From assembly GCA_950097015.1 (NCBI GenBank), contig CATNEN010000039.1:15128001-15192000 (forward strand): 64,000 nt of DNA, written 5' to 3'. Origin of the DNA: Macrostomum hystrix (Eukaryota; Animalia; Platyhelminthes). Every line of letters starts with the position of its first letter. The first letter of the stretch is position 1. The notes under the pieces were generated by a model that was not told the DNA's origin, did no database searches, and worked only from the letters and a program-made list of their open reading frames with translations. The translations under genes were made by a program, and so were the position numbers. Below, in pieces: positions 1 to 12,800 of the stretch.

Positions 1-270
1 GTCTAGAAAAATCCCCTAATGAATGTTGGGACAATCTGTCTAGAAAAATCCTCTAATGAATGTTGGGACAATATGTCTAGAAAAATCCTCTAATGAATGT
101 TGGGACAATCTGTCTAGAAAAATCCTCTAATGAATGTTGGGACAATATGTCTAGAAAAATCCTCTAATGAATGTTGGGATAATATGTCTAGAAAAATCCC
201 CTAATGAATGTTGGGATAATCTGTCTAGAAAAATCCTCTAATGAATGTTGGGATAATCTGTCTAGAAAAT
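1..270. repeat. 37-bp tandem repeat (~7 copies, runs off the window start)
   Basis: Unit gtctagaaaaatcc(c/t)ctaatgaatgttggga(c/t)aat(c/a)t is repeated directly. Confidence 0.95.
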
Positions 271-709
271 TCCCAGTAGTTATACAACAAGGTACAGTTA
301 CCTCTTACCTTCTTGTAGCTGTCTTTAACTAAAGTATCCTAATAGAATATCGCCAATAGTTATTTATAGTCCATGTGTTCTGGCCTTCTCGCTTTTGCTT
401 TACAAAATTTTATTTTTAAGTCGGGTTCCGGTTATGTCTTCACTAATCCCTTGTTTGCTTACGTATTTATTAATGGATTGAGATCAGTTTCGTTGTCTCG
501 ATCAGCAATGTTCAGTTTCTATCTGATAATAATTCTTAAATCGTTCATTGATAAACATGCTGATTGATTTGCTAGTAGCTTTGCCGAGAAATTTAGTATC
601 AATATGGTAAAATAATATAAAATTTTCTGCCTGCTGTTTTACTAATTGTTTCGGCTCTGAGCAAACTTACTTGATCCGCGTTTTATGACTACGTTTAATT
701 GGTCCGTTC

Positions 710-1370
710 TACGAGGGGTGTTTTAAAAGTAGCGAGAATTTAGTCATAACTTTTTAATGGATAAACTTTTAAATTTGAAATTTTTACCCTGCAATTTTGC
801 ATATATGGACAGCACACAGCTTCAGTTGCAACCCTGTCGGTCTAGATGCACCAGTGAAATCTCACATTGGAGTCCAGACCTCGAGATTAAAAATTACGAT
901 TTTTGTCTGTGGAAAAGAGTGAACAGGTAAACGTGTTTGTTGTGTCAAAATCAGCGCCTTCGTCCATTTCTTCAGCGATTTCAGCACGTTCCACAAAGCT
1001 GCCATTGAGCTGGATACACTTCTCATAGCGATGCAGCAGTTTGTCGATTCCCTCCCCCCAAAAACTCGCAGGCAGCGCATGGAGAGATTCGTTGGCCGCC
1101 GCAATGACTTCCTGTCGACTGGTGAAGACGCGACCTCGCATGGGCTTCTTCATTACTCCAAACAAGTGAAAGTCAGCAATGGCGAGGTCTGGTGAATAGG
1201 GTGGAGGATCAAGCAGCCGAAAGCCGAGCTCTTCCACTTTCCTTGTGGTGGCCGCGGCGACGTGAGGGCGAGCATTGTCCCACAATATGAAGGGCCTGGC
1301 ACGCATGATGCGGCGCTTCTGGAGGATGACTTCACGCAGACAAGCAAAGCACTTTTCAGTCAAGAATTTG
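710..1370 (-). mobile_element. Truncated Tc1/mariner (mariner-type) transposon: C-terminal transposase fragment plus 3' TIR
   Basis: ORF 887-1363 has the mariner motifs LWDNARPH and LDPPPYSPDLAIADFHLF (YSPDL). A mariner-like terminus TA-cgaggggtgttttaaaagt sits at 710-730. The 5' part is missing, replaced by the 26-bp array. Confidence 0.85.
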
Positions 1371-1422
1371 CAATTTTGGGTTTTTGCTATTATTTTCTAA
1401 ACTCGTATTTCTCTATTCCCAC

Positions 1423-2089
1423 AGATTATATTTCTCAATTCTCATCTCAGATTCTATTTCTCGATCCTCATCTCAGATTCTATTTCTCAATCCTCATCTC
1501 AGATTCTATTTCTCAATCCTCATCTCAGATTATATTTCTCGATCCTCATCTCAGATTCTATTTCTCAATCCTCATCTCAGATTCTATTTCTCAATCCTCA
1601 TCTCAGATTCTATTTCTCAATCCTCATCTCAGATTCTATTTCTCAATCCTCATCTCAGATTCTATTTCTCAATCCTCATCTCAGATTCTATTTCTCAATC
1701 CTCATCTCAGATTCTATTTCTCAATCCTCATCTCAGATTATATTTCTCAATCCTAATCTCAGATTCTATTTCTCAATCCTCATCTCAGATTCTATTTCTC
1801 AATCCTCATCTCAGAATTTATTTCTCGATCCTCATCTCAGATTCTATTTCTCAATCCTCATCTCAGATTCTATTTCTCAATCCTCATCTCAGAATTTATT
1901 TCTCGATCCTCATCTCAGATTCTATTTCTCAATCCTCATCTCAGATTATATTTCTCAATCCTAATCTCAGATTCTATTTCTCAATCCTCATCTCAGATTC
2001 TATTTCTCAATCCTCATCTCAGATTCTATTTCTCAATCCTCATCTTAGATTATATTTATCAATCCTCATCTTAGATTATATTTCTCAAT
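1423..2089. repeat. 26-bp minisatellite (~25 copies)
   Basis: Unit ttctatttctcaatcctcatctcaga. It explains the periodic ORFs at 1262 and 1384. Confidence 0.95.
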
Positions 2090-2512
2090 TAATTAGCAAG
2101 GCGAAAGTTCATTTTGTGTTTAAGAAAGCAAAATAATATTCTGCTACCCGTTCTTACAACCTAGCCTGTTTATTTTTAAAGTAGATTCCAATTGAGAACA
2201 TTATGTAGCCACTCTTAGAATCTGAAAAAAGGTATTCTATTGTTAACTTATATATTGGAAAACGGAAATTTTGTGTTCCTGGAAAACACTCTGTTGGACT
2301 TGACTTTGCCCTGTTTTGTAAGTCTGAACTCTTATGATCTGCTCAACTCTTAATTGAGTAGGCGAACAACTTAACTTCTGGGAAAATGAAGGAAAATTAT
2401 GAAACACAACAAGCAGTACTAGCTAGCTACTAGTGAAAACCTATGCTTACAAGTGCTGCATACAAGTAAAGCAGAAATACTGTTTTGTAAACTGTTGCCC
2501 ACGAGGCCGTTG

Positions 2513-5500
2513 CTAACGGTTGTTGCCTAGCAACGATCGCCGGGCAGCTGTCGACGACGCGGCTGTGACTGAAGCGCCAGACGCAGCTGCGCCGACCCCG
2601 GCGGGCCCGGCCGCAACCAAAGGCGCCGTTGTTTCCATCGGTCGTCTGGCCGTTGTCAAGGCGTTACTAATATCGTAGCGTCTATTGCCTAGCGCCGTTG
2701 CAGTCTGCTGACTGCCACCGGAGCCACTGTTTGTGGCCTGAGTTAGCTGCAGACGGGTCTGAAGCAGCTGGTCCAATGCTTTGTCCACATACTCCGGCCT
2801 CACCGTAGCATTGTCATCCACAATGCACCCTTCGTCCGAATCTACTTTCAGAGCCAAGTCGTCTTTACTTTGCATCGCCGGCGGGTTGTCAAACAGCTGC
2901 CTACTGCGACTTTCCATTGTATCGACGGTCACCGACAGTCGACGGCGCTGTCGCGGCACCGGCGGCGTCGCCGATTTCGAGGCGGCCGACATCGGCTGCA
3001 GACTTCGGCGCTGCCGCGGAGTGGGCGTCGGCGGTGCAACTGCGGGAGGCAGCTGCGACTGCTCAGACGGCCTCTGCTGAGACGTCGGCGGTAAAACTCG
3101 TTGCGTTGTAGCTGTTGATACGCGCAGACGATTCTGCACCGACTGACCAGCTGTTGAAAGGGAATTTTATTTGCGGCAGCATTATTAACAAAAGCGTACT
3201 GTTAATTGGCATTTCTTGGTTAGCTTTAAGTGGTTTTCTACTTAGTTTTCAGTCCATGGGCACCTTAGGGTGTCGGTGGCAGAGCGGTTAACGCGTTTGC
3301 CTCTCGCACAACGGTCCCTAAGTTCGATTCCATGGCGAGGCCACATTTATTTGGGGCGCAGCCGCGGAGAGAAGGCTTGGGGGCTTGTCATGCAATTTAC
3401 GCCCTTGAGGGCCAACCTCTAAGGCACAGCGAGAGTGTACACTGCCTGACAATGAGAAAGTCAGGCCAGATGTACACACCTGCGCCTGCGTAGTGTATCT
3501 GTGTGAGTGTGTGCTCAGGAGTCAGCGAAATGGGCAGAATTGCCTCCTCGCTGGCTGCGTGTCAAGTGTCACCAAATGATGTGCCATTGCCCACAGACCT
3601 GGAATAATTTTTTATAATTATTATGGACAACTAAACGAATTCCTCATGCTGTTACGCAATTTTCAAACAGAATAAACTGCCCTACTCATGGACTCAAAGT
3701 TAAAATTCAATGCAAAAACCTCTGAATACAAAAGTAAACGTAGAGAGCCTCCACGAATATTAAAAGCCTTCCAATGTCCATTGCTAAGCACTGACCAGGT
3801 GAATTTTCATAGTTGCACGCGGCCGGTTGAAGTTGCTGACTATTTAACGACAACGACGCACGTTCCGACCGCAGCTTCGGCACTGGCGGCTTGGCTGTGA
3901 GGTAGGCGGTTTGGGCAGCGTCGGCTTCAGCGTCCAGCATGTCCTCCTCGGAGAAGTCTGTCAGCAGCAGGCGGTCCCGCAGTGCGTTCGCACCGACTGC
4001 CGGGTCGCAGCCGTCCTGCTCCGAAGATGCGGCAGTTGAATAGTATCCGCGGCCGGAGGATTCAGCAGAGAAGTTCAACGACTTGCTGGCATTGCTGGCG
4101 CATGTACCGTAGCTCCAAGCCTGCAGCAAGTCTTCGGCAAGCCCATGCGTAGATCTGACAGCGGGCCTCCCCAATCCCAGGCTTCGCTGTCGCTGCTGCT
4201 GCTGCTGCCGCTGCTGCTGCTGCTGTTGCTGCTGCTGAGACTGTTGATGGATGCCACCGAGATGACGATCCGCCAGGAATGAGGCGGAATTCTCGTTCAA
4301 CTGGCCGGCTTGTCGGCAGTGCAGTTGAATGGCTTGAGCCAGCAGCTTCTCAATCTCTTCGCTAGTGCCGTAGAATCCGTTGTTGGCAAAGATTGACATG
4401 TCCAACTTCTCTGGCTGCTGCTGCTTGTGCAGATGCTGCTGCTGGAGAACTGAGGATGCGCTGATTTCCTGTATGGTGGCGCTGCCGCTATGGGCTGAAG
4501 ATGCGGAAATCGACGCAAAAAATGCGCCATTGCGTGACTGCTGCTGCTGCTGCTGCTGATGCTGCTGCTGCTGCGGCTGCTGATGCTGCTGCTGCTGCTG
4601 CTGTTGCTGATTTTGTTGCTGCTGCTGTGGCTGCTGCTGCGGCTGCTGATGCTGCTGCTGCTGCTGCTGCTGCTGTTGCTGATTTTGTTGCTGCTGCTGT
4701 GGCTGCTGCTGCTGCTGCTGTTGCTGATGTTGTTGCTGCTGCTGTTGCTGCTGCTGCTGCTCCTGCTGCTCCTGCTGCTCATCAGTGCAAAAGTCGTCGT
4801 ACAGCTCAGGCTGAAAATCAAACTCGGGATCTTCAGCGTCCAACAGGCAGGAGTCAAGACTGGCAATGTCCATCAAAGTGGCATGCTGCTGCTGCTGCTG
4901 CTGTTCTCCGAATCCAGATCCAATAAATAGGCCAGCCGGCACCTTAGCACCTGCTGTACTACTGTTAGTAGTTCGTCGCCGCAGCTGCGCAGAGCCTCGG
5001 TGCCTGCCGCCGCTGCCGGCGCCGCGTTTTAGTGACGGCGCCAGTCGTAGCAATGTCTTGGTCTTGCTGGATTTTCCGACTGAGCAGCTCTCTGCATTGT
5101 CGGCCATTGATTTTTATTACTGGGTGATTGCAGTCCAGCCGCGTATTCTCATGCGCTTGTTTTTTTATAAAAATTTCCATTGAACACAGTCATTGAATTT
5201 ATTCTGTGTGAAATTCTTTTGCAACTAGCGAGAGAAATCTATGGGCAGAGAAGGGCCATAGACATTGATAATTTCTTCGTTTCCGTTGATGCATCTAGCC
5301 GGGATTTGTTATACAAATTTACGCATTTACGCATATTTACCCAATAGCACTTTAGTGAAGCCCTATAGCATATTATGGTGCACAGAAAGTGGGATTCTCC
5401 ACTATTCTAATAGCGAACGCGCTGTAACAAGACTTAACTCTATTTAACCTATTTTTGTCAGATGGTATTTAAGGCCTCGAAATTGCTCGCATTCGTGGTC

Positions 5501-6808
5501 TGAACTACTACTAGTTTTGTGAGTAAACAACAATAAGGCGACTCAAGTGTTCTCAAATTCTAGCTTTGATAATGTCGAGCTGTCAAAAGAAGGATGCCAT
5601 TTTTGCCATAGACTATATCCATATTAACCGAATGATCTTACTATGCCTTTGTTGTTCAGATTTACTCGTATTTTTAGAAAAAGTCTTTACTTGCATCAGT
5701 GGGGTGAGTGGAAGAGGGGTTAACGCGCTTGCCTCTCGCACCAAGGTCTCTGAGCTCGATTCCATGGCGAGGCCACATTCATTTTGGGCGCAGCTGCCAT
5801 GCAATTTACGCCCTTGAGGGCTAACATGGCACAGTGAGAATGTGCGCTGCATGACGCTGAGAAATTCAGATCAGATGTACACACCTGTGTGAGCGTGTGC
5901 CTGCGCGCTTGTGTGCTCAGGAGTCAGAGAAATGGGCAGAATTGCCTCTTTGCTGGTCTGGTGTCACCAAATGATGATTTTATAAATTTGATCTTGCAGA
6001 TGCATAAAACGCGCAAAACCATTTCTCAGAAATGGATGATTGGCTGTCCTAAAAAAATGCGAATTAAATTTGTCGGAATTCACGTAAGAAATACGCAGAA
6101 AATTAATTGTGTCTTTATTCTGACGTTCGGCAATTTAAAGAAAAGAAAATCTGCATTGAAAGATTTAGCTGATGCAAATAGGAAACTTCATATCTTAAAA
6201 ACATAGATATTCACAATCAGAAGCAGTGAAAGTTTCTACTCGCGCAAGAGTAACATGAAATTTTACCAGAGCATGAAATTTGCTGGCACAGTATAGTTTC
6301 ATCTGATAGTAGCTCGTAAAATATTAGCTTTAACAACAGATAACAGATTTTTTGGCTAAGGATTGACCAATTGAGTTGAAATCAGACATGGAGAAAATAA
6401 TTTAGTCACAATATTTTCATATTAAAGAGCATGAAGTACATTTAGTACTTGGCCTGTGAGACCAAAAATGACTAAAATTAGTTTTCCTATTTAAAAAGCT
6501 CCTGCAGTTTCACAGCTGTCAACGCAGTAAAATCAAGGGACTCTCGCCGGCAACTTGGCGAGCAGCACCGCTTCGACCACCTGGCGGTGTTGTCCCAGTG
6601 CCAGCCGACTGCTGCTTTTGCAGCCTCTTACCGACGCGACCTAGTTCGGCTGTGTCAGCCGCCGCGGCTGCAAGGTGCAACAGTCGATGACGCTGCTGCT
6701 GCTGCTGCTGCTGCTGCTGAATATCCTCCACGGGACGTCCCGCCATAGGAGCTGACATCACCGACAGACTACCTGCTGAGAGGCCGCTGCCGCCACTGCC
6801 AAGAATGA

Positions 6809-6841
<33 letters not shown>

Positions 6842-9800
6842 TGACACCATATTGGCCGAGTTTTGCGGGGCCTGATATGTTTAAGATTTTGAGACATAAT
6901 GCTTCTTCCGATCGGCGCTGATATTACGCAAAATTCAGGTGTCACGTGCTTGATGACGTAAGCTATCCGTGACGCAAAGAAAGTTCTAAAAATAGCAACA
7001 AAAATCTAACTCTCGTCGGCCTATTATTTGACAGCGCTATAAGTATCTAAGCTCTGCCAATGGTTGTCGTTAAAACCCATGGTATAAGGCCAGTGGATAT
7101 TAGAGCTTCAGACTTCTGACTGAGAGGTCGGGAGTTCGAGTCTTAAAAAGCGGGAAACGTTTCTTGAGTAGAGCACTTAATTTGCAATAAAAGTACGTCG
7201 CACTGCTCAGTCTCACCAAAGCTTCTGGCCTTCCCAGCTGATCCCAAATAGCCAAAGTCGCCGACTCGTTGGCCAAACGATAATCGTTGCTGCTGCTGCT
7301 GCTGATGCTGGCGACTTCCTGGTCGCATCCACTGCCTGCCTTGTGGTAACCCGCCGCGCTGCTGTTGTTGCTGCTGTTGTTGTAGAAGCATGGCTCCTGA
7401 AGGGGCAACGGCAGCCGCAGCTGCAGCAGCAGCAGCCGCCGCCGCCGCGTAGCTGCCAGTCAGCATGGCGACACCCAGACGATTTGACAGCTCGTCCAAG
7501 TAGCGACTGTTCGCAGCCAGCAAAGTCGTATGCGGCTGCTGCTGCTGCTGCTGCGGATCTGAGGGCATCGAGGCTACGGTGCCTGGCGTGCAATGCAGCA
7601 GGCGGTAGACCTGCTCCACAATGCCCAGGCCTCGCACTAGGCTGTCGCGTTGCATCAGGCCAGACAGGCGGTCGATCTCTTCCTCGTCGATGATTGGCTG
7701 CGGAGTCAGCGTGTCCACTTGCGGCGCCTGCGCGTGTTTTTAGTTTGGCATGTCATATTTGCACTGTTCTACTATAAGTAGCTATTGACAAAAATCCAAT
7801 CGAGAAAATAAGCAAGTAAGCATACAGAGTATTAAATGCTGCAGCGGCAGCAACAGCAGCAGCGGCGGTGGCATAGGCAGCAGCGGCGGCTGCAACGGCA
7901 ACATTCTTTAACATGCTTATCTGTCGTAAACTATTTCTTACTTTATCTAGTCTGCTAAATGGTTTAGCGTTTTCAAAAATGCTATTCTAAACTAGCGGTA
8001 CAATCATCTTTAGCCTCGTGTGTATCTCTAAGCACTTTAAACTATGCGCAATGTTAAATTTTATTCTTAAAATAAATTTACTCTTATGCCGCCATTAGAA
8101 GACAGTTTAAGTTAGTAGGGCCACAGTTATAAGCGTTAAAAACCTCTAGCGCTTAACTCTTAGTTATTTGCACAACGAGCTCAAATTCAAACAATGAGTT
8201 TTTCATAGATGGTTGGTGTAAGTATAAATAATTGTGATGGTTTCAGCTGGTTTAGAAGGCCAACAATAAGACTGCCTATTCGTTTTTACTCGTCCTCATG
8301 GCTAATTATTACCTATTCGGTTCTGACTAGCCAAACTGAAAAGATCGTGAGAGAAGGACTTGCTGCGCCAGAAAGACCGAAGCTCACGAAATTATGGCTG
8401 TGTGTTAGTCTCAGTTTGTTTAAATAAACTGAATTTATAGTCCAGAGACAAATTGCTCTTAAGGTGACGTCAATAGAGGAAATAAATTTCTTAAAAACGG
8501 TTACTGAGGCAATCGCTGATCCGTCAGAAATCATGCAAGTAACTTGAATGCAAGTAACTTGAAGTAGTTTAAATAGTTATTGAGGCAATCGCTGATCACT
8601 GATTGGTTAGTTATCAAAGCTATTACGTAATTAAAATCTAGACTGGCTGAGACACCAAAATCTGTCAGCCACCTGGTCACCGCCGTCCGCCAGTTGCCAT
8701 GCAGTGCCATTGCCGCCGCCGCCGCCGCCAGTTCGAGGTCTGCCGGCCACGGCGCTGGTCAGGCGGCCAGCGGCACGCGGCCGGTCGCTCTGCGCCGATG
8801 AAAGCCCGGCACGAGACTCTTCACTAACCTCCCGGTGCTGCTGCTGCTGCTGCTGATGTCGAGGAACTCGCGACTTGACCTGCTGAGGCCGGCGCAGCGG
8901 TGGCCGGTCGGGACTCTCCGATCTGGCAACGCCGCCGCCGCCACCGACGCCGCGTCGTTGCCGACCCGGCGGTCCGGCGGCGGCCTTCCGGCTGAGCTCC
9001 TCGCGCTGCTGTCTGGCGCAGTCGGCCCGAGCTTTGGTGGCAGCCGTCTCCTGGTAGAGGAAGCCGCCCTGGGCGAGGAAGCGGGCGTAGCGCGAGGTCG
9101 CCGACAGCGGATCGGCGGTGCCGTTGACCGCCGGCGGCTCCGGGTAGATTCGACGATAATTACCAATGTGCTCCGCCTCGTAGGCCTCTTGAATTTCAGC
9201 GAATTTCGCGGCTTCTTTTTCCAGATCCTCTCTGGGATTTGAGCGGAGTTGGGCAGTGAAACTTGGCTGTGTTTATCAGCGCAATGCTTTAGTTACACTC
9301 TACGAAGTTATTTGAGCTTCGGACTTATAACTTGAAGGACAGGAGTTCGAATCTCAGCCTTAAAGGAATGCGACTGGTGGCCTTCTCAGCCCACGGATTA
9401 TAACAATTGTGTCTACCATACCTGATCATTCATGTAATTGTCTGTAATAGCTTAGTCATCTAGTTGGTGGTCGGTGAAAGAGCTGATAACGCGTTTGCCT
9501 CTCGATAATGTCCCTAAGTTCGATTCCGCGGCGAAAGCTTGGGACAGGGATCCAAGGCACATTGAGAGTGTACATTGGCTGAGGATGAGATAGTCAGGGC
9601 AGATGTACACACTTGTGTGAGTGTGTGCCAGCGTACGGTATCTGTGTGCGTGTGTGCTCAGGAGTCAGCGAAATGGGCAGAATTGCCTCCTCGCTGGCTG
9701 CGGGTCTAGTGTCACCAAATGATGTGCCACTGCCCGCAACCCTCCTGCAATTATTATTATTATTATTATTATTATTATTTATTATTAGTATACCACTTGA

Positions 9801-12800
9801 TTCACAGCATGAACAGCAGTGTTGAATTTCTAAAATAAACATTCCCATTTCTCAGTACAAATGCTAATTTCACGTTTCTGAGGCAAGGGATGAAAGTTCA
9901 TTCCTTGTTTAATCAATTTCAGACACCATCACCGCAATAGAGCTAACATTTATTATAGTGAATAAGTGATGCATGCATCCTACAAGGTGTGACACAATTT
10001 TTTGCTTAACATAATACATTTAGCGAATTGTTTTCTTTTCGGAAATTATAGAATATGAAATATTTAAGATGATAGATAATTATATACATGAAGGCCATAA
10101 GGTTGCATAGGGAAATATTACGAGCTAAACGACTTTTTATCAATCAGCAAACACAAAAAAGCGAATAATTCACCTTTCTCGTTGATAAGCCTGGCTCCTT
10201 TTTTTAAATGATTTGCGATAAGAAACAATTCATATTTTAGACAAAATTGCTCCAATAAAATAGTTTTTTCTTTCAGGACTGCTTCAATAGGACCTTTCTA
10301 ACCCTTTATTCCTATAAGATGAGGTAGGAGGACCACTGCATGACCCAGAGGACCACTGCATGACCCAAAGGACCACTGTATGACCCAGAGGACCACTGTA
10401 TGACCCAGAGGACCACTGTATGACCCAGAGGACCACTGCATGACCCAGAGGACCGCTGTATGACCCAGAGGACCACTGTATGACCCAGAGGACCGCTGTA
10501 TGACCCAGAGGACCACTGTATGACCCAGAGGACCACTGTATGACCCAGAGGACCGCTGTATGACCCAGAGGACCACTGTATGACCCAGAGGACCGCTGTA
10601 TGACCCAGAGGACCACTGTATGACCCAGAGGACCACTGTATGACCCAGAGGACCGCTGTATGACCCAGAGGACCACTGTATGACCCAGAGGACCACTGTA
10701 TGACCCAGAGGACCACTGTATGACCCAGAGGACCACTGTATGACCCAGAGGACCGCTGTATGACCCAGAGGACTACTGTATGACCCAGACGACCGCTGTA
10801 TGACCCAGAGGACCACTGTATGACCCAGAGGACCACTGCATGACCCAGAGGACCACTGTATGACCCAGAGGACCACTGTATGACCCAGAGGACCACTGTA
10901 TGACCCAGAGGACCGCTGTATGACCCAGAGGACTACTGTATGACCCAGACGACCGCTGTATGACCCAGAGGAACACTGTATGACCCAGAGGACCACTGCA
11001 TTACCCAAAGGACCACTGTATGACCCAGAGGACCACTGCATCACCCAGAGGACCGCTGTATGACCCAGAGGACCGCTGTATGATCCAGAGGACCGCTGTA
11101 TGACCCAGAGGACCACTGTATGACCCAGACGACCACTGTATGACCCAGAGGACCGCTGTATGACCCAGAGGACCACTGTATGACCCAGAGGACCACTGTA
11201 TGACCCAGAGGACCACTGTATGACCCAGAGGACCACTGTATGACCCAGAGGACCACTGTATGACCCAGAGGACCGCTGTATGACCCAGAGGACCACTGTA
11301 TGACCCAGAGGACCGCTGTATGACCCAGAGGACCACTGTATGACCCAGAGGACCACTGCATGACCCAGAGGACCACTGTATGACCCAAAGGACCACTGTA
11401 TGACCCAGAGGACCACTGCATGACCCAGAGGACCGCTGTATGACCCAGAGGACCACTGTATGACCCAGAGGACCGCTGTATGACCCAGAGGACCACTGTA
11501 TGACCCAGAGGACCACTGTATGACCCAGAGGACCACTGTATGACCCAGAGGACCACTGTATGACCCAGAGGACCACTGTATGACCCAGAGGACCACAGTA
11601 AGAATCAAAGGACCACAGCAAGAACAGGAGGACCACAGTAAAAACAAGAGGACCACTGCAGGACCGCTAAACGCCCAGGTGTCTCAGTGCTCTCATGCAT
11701 GCTCATGCATGAGTCTCAGGCCGTCAACACTACGATGCGTAGGCACCACACTGAAGTCACGACTACTCACTTGCTCTCCTTCTTGCTATTCCGCTGAAAC
11801 AGTCGATCTTGAATCTTTCGCCTCTCCTCTTCCATCACCTTCTTGCGGTCGACAGCTCCAACGTTGATGAGGTTCAGCGTGTCCGTGATGAGGGCCTCCT
11901 TAATCTCGCGATCAAGCCTGGAGTCAGTGGTGAATGACGGACTGTGATTAACTTCGAGCACCAGCGGCCGCAGCTTGCGGTCCAAGATGATGTCGAAGCC
12001 TAGGATTTCAAAGCAGGCCGAGCCGCGCACGTGGTTGGGAAAACAGGTACGATAGTTGTGCTTGACAACGTAGTGGGCGGACATGATCGTCTTGATGATG
12101 ATGTCGTCAATGTCCGACCAGAGTTTGGCTACGTCATAGTTGTTGTTCTCGAGCCAGCGGTTGATGGTGGAAATGCGCCTGAAGATGGAAGAAAACACAA
12201 TATAGATAAAGGAAAGGGATTCAGGTGGGAGAATGCAGTTAGGAGAATGCAGGTGGGAGAATGCAGTTAGGAGAATGCAGGTGGGAGAATGCAGGTGGGA
12301 GAATGCAGGTGGGAGAATGCAGTTAGGAGAATGCAGGTGGGAGAATGCAGGTGGGAGAATGCAGATGGGAGAATGCAGGTAGGAGAATGCAGATGGGAGA
12401 ATGCAGGTAGGAGAATGCAGGTGGGAGAATGCAGGGAGGAGAATGCAGGTGGTAGAATTCAGGTGGGAGAATGCAGGTGGGAGAATGCAGGTGGGAGAAT
12501 GCAGGTGGGAGAATGCAGGTAGGAGAATGCAGGTGGGAGAATGCAGGTAGGAGAATGCAGGTGGTAGAATTCAGGTGGGAGAATGCAGGTGGGAGAATGC
12601 AGGTGGGAGAATGCAGGTGGTAGAATGCAGGTGGTAGAATGCAGGTGGGAGAATGCAGGTGGGAGAATGCAGGTGGTAGAATGCAGGTGGGAGAATGCAG
12701 GTGGGAGAATGCAGGTGGGAGAATGCAGGTGGGAGAATGCAGGTGGTAGAATGCAGGTGGGAGAATGCAGGTGGGAGAATGCAGGTGGGAGAATTCAGGT

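Noticed and set aside
3267-3345. tRNA genes at the SINE heads (also 13620-13680 and 53690-53750)
   Set aside because: A and B boxes are present but there is no complete cloverleaf, and each head is attached to a repeated SINE body.
4297-4930. Poly-Ser, poly-Ala and poly-Leu ORFs overlapping the poly-Q region
   Set aside because: Alternative-frame and antisense readings of the CAG/CTG repeats.
9660-9745. HDV-like ribozyme in SINE family A (gcctcctcgctggc matches HDV P3/L3 exactly)
   Set aside because: The GG needed for P1.1 after P1 and a proper J4/2 (C-R-A) with consistent P2 pairing are missing across copies. A covariance search would be needed to revive this.
10284-11656. Long periodic ORFs in the 20-bp array, and a superficially CRISPR-like regularity
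   Set aside because: The units are head-to-tail with no unique spacers, no cas genes are present, and the context is a eukaryotic intron. The ORFs arise because the unit lacks stops on that strand.
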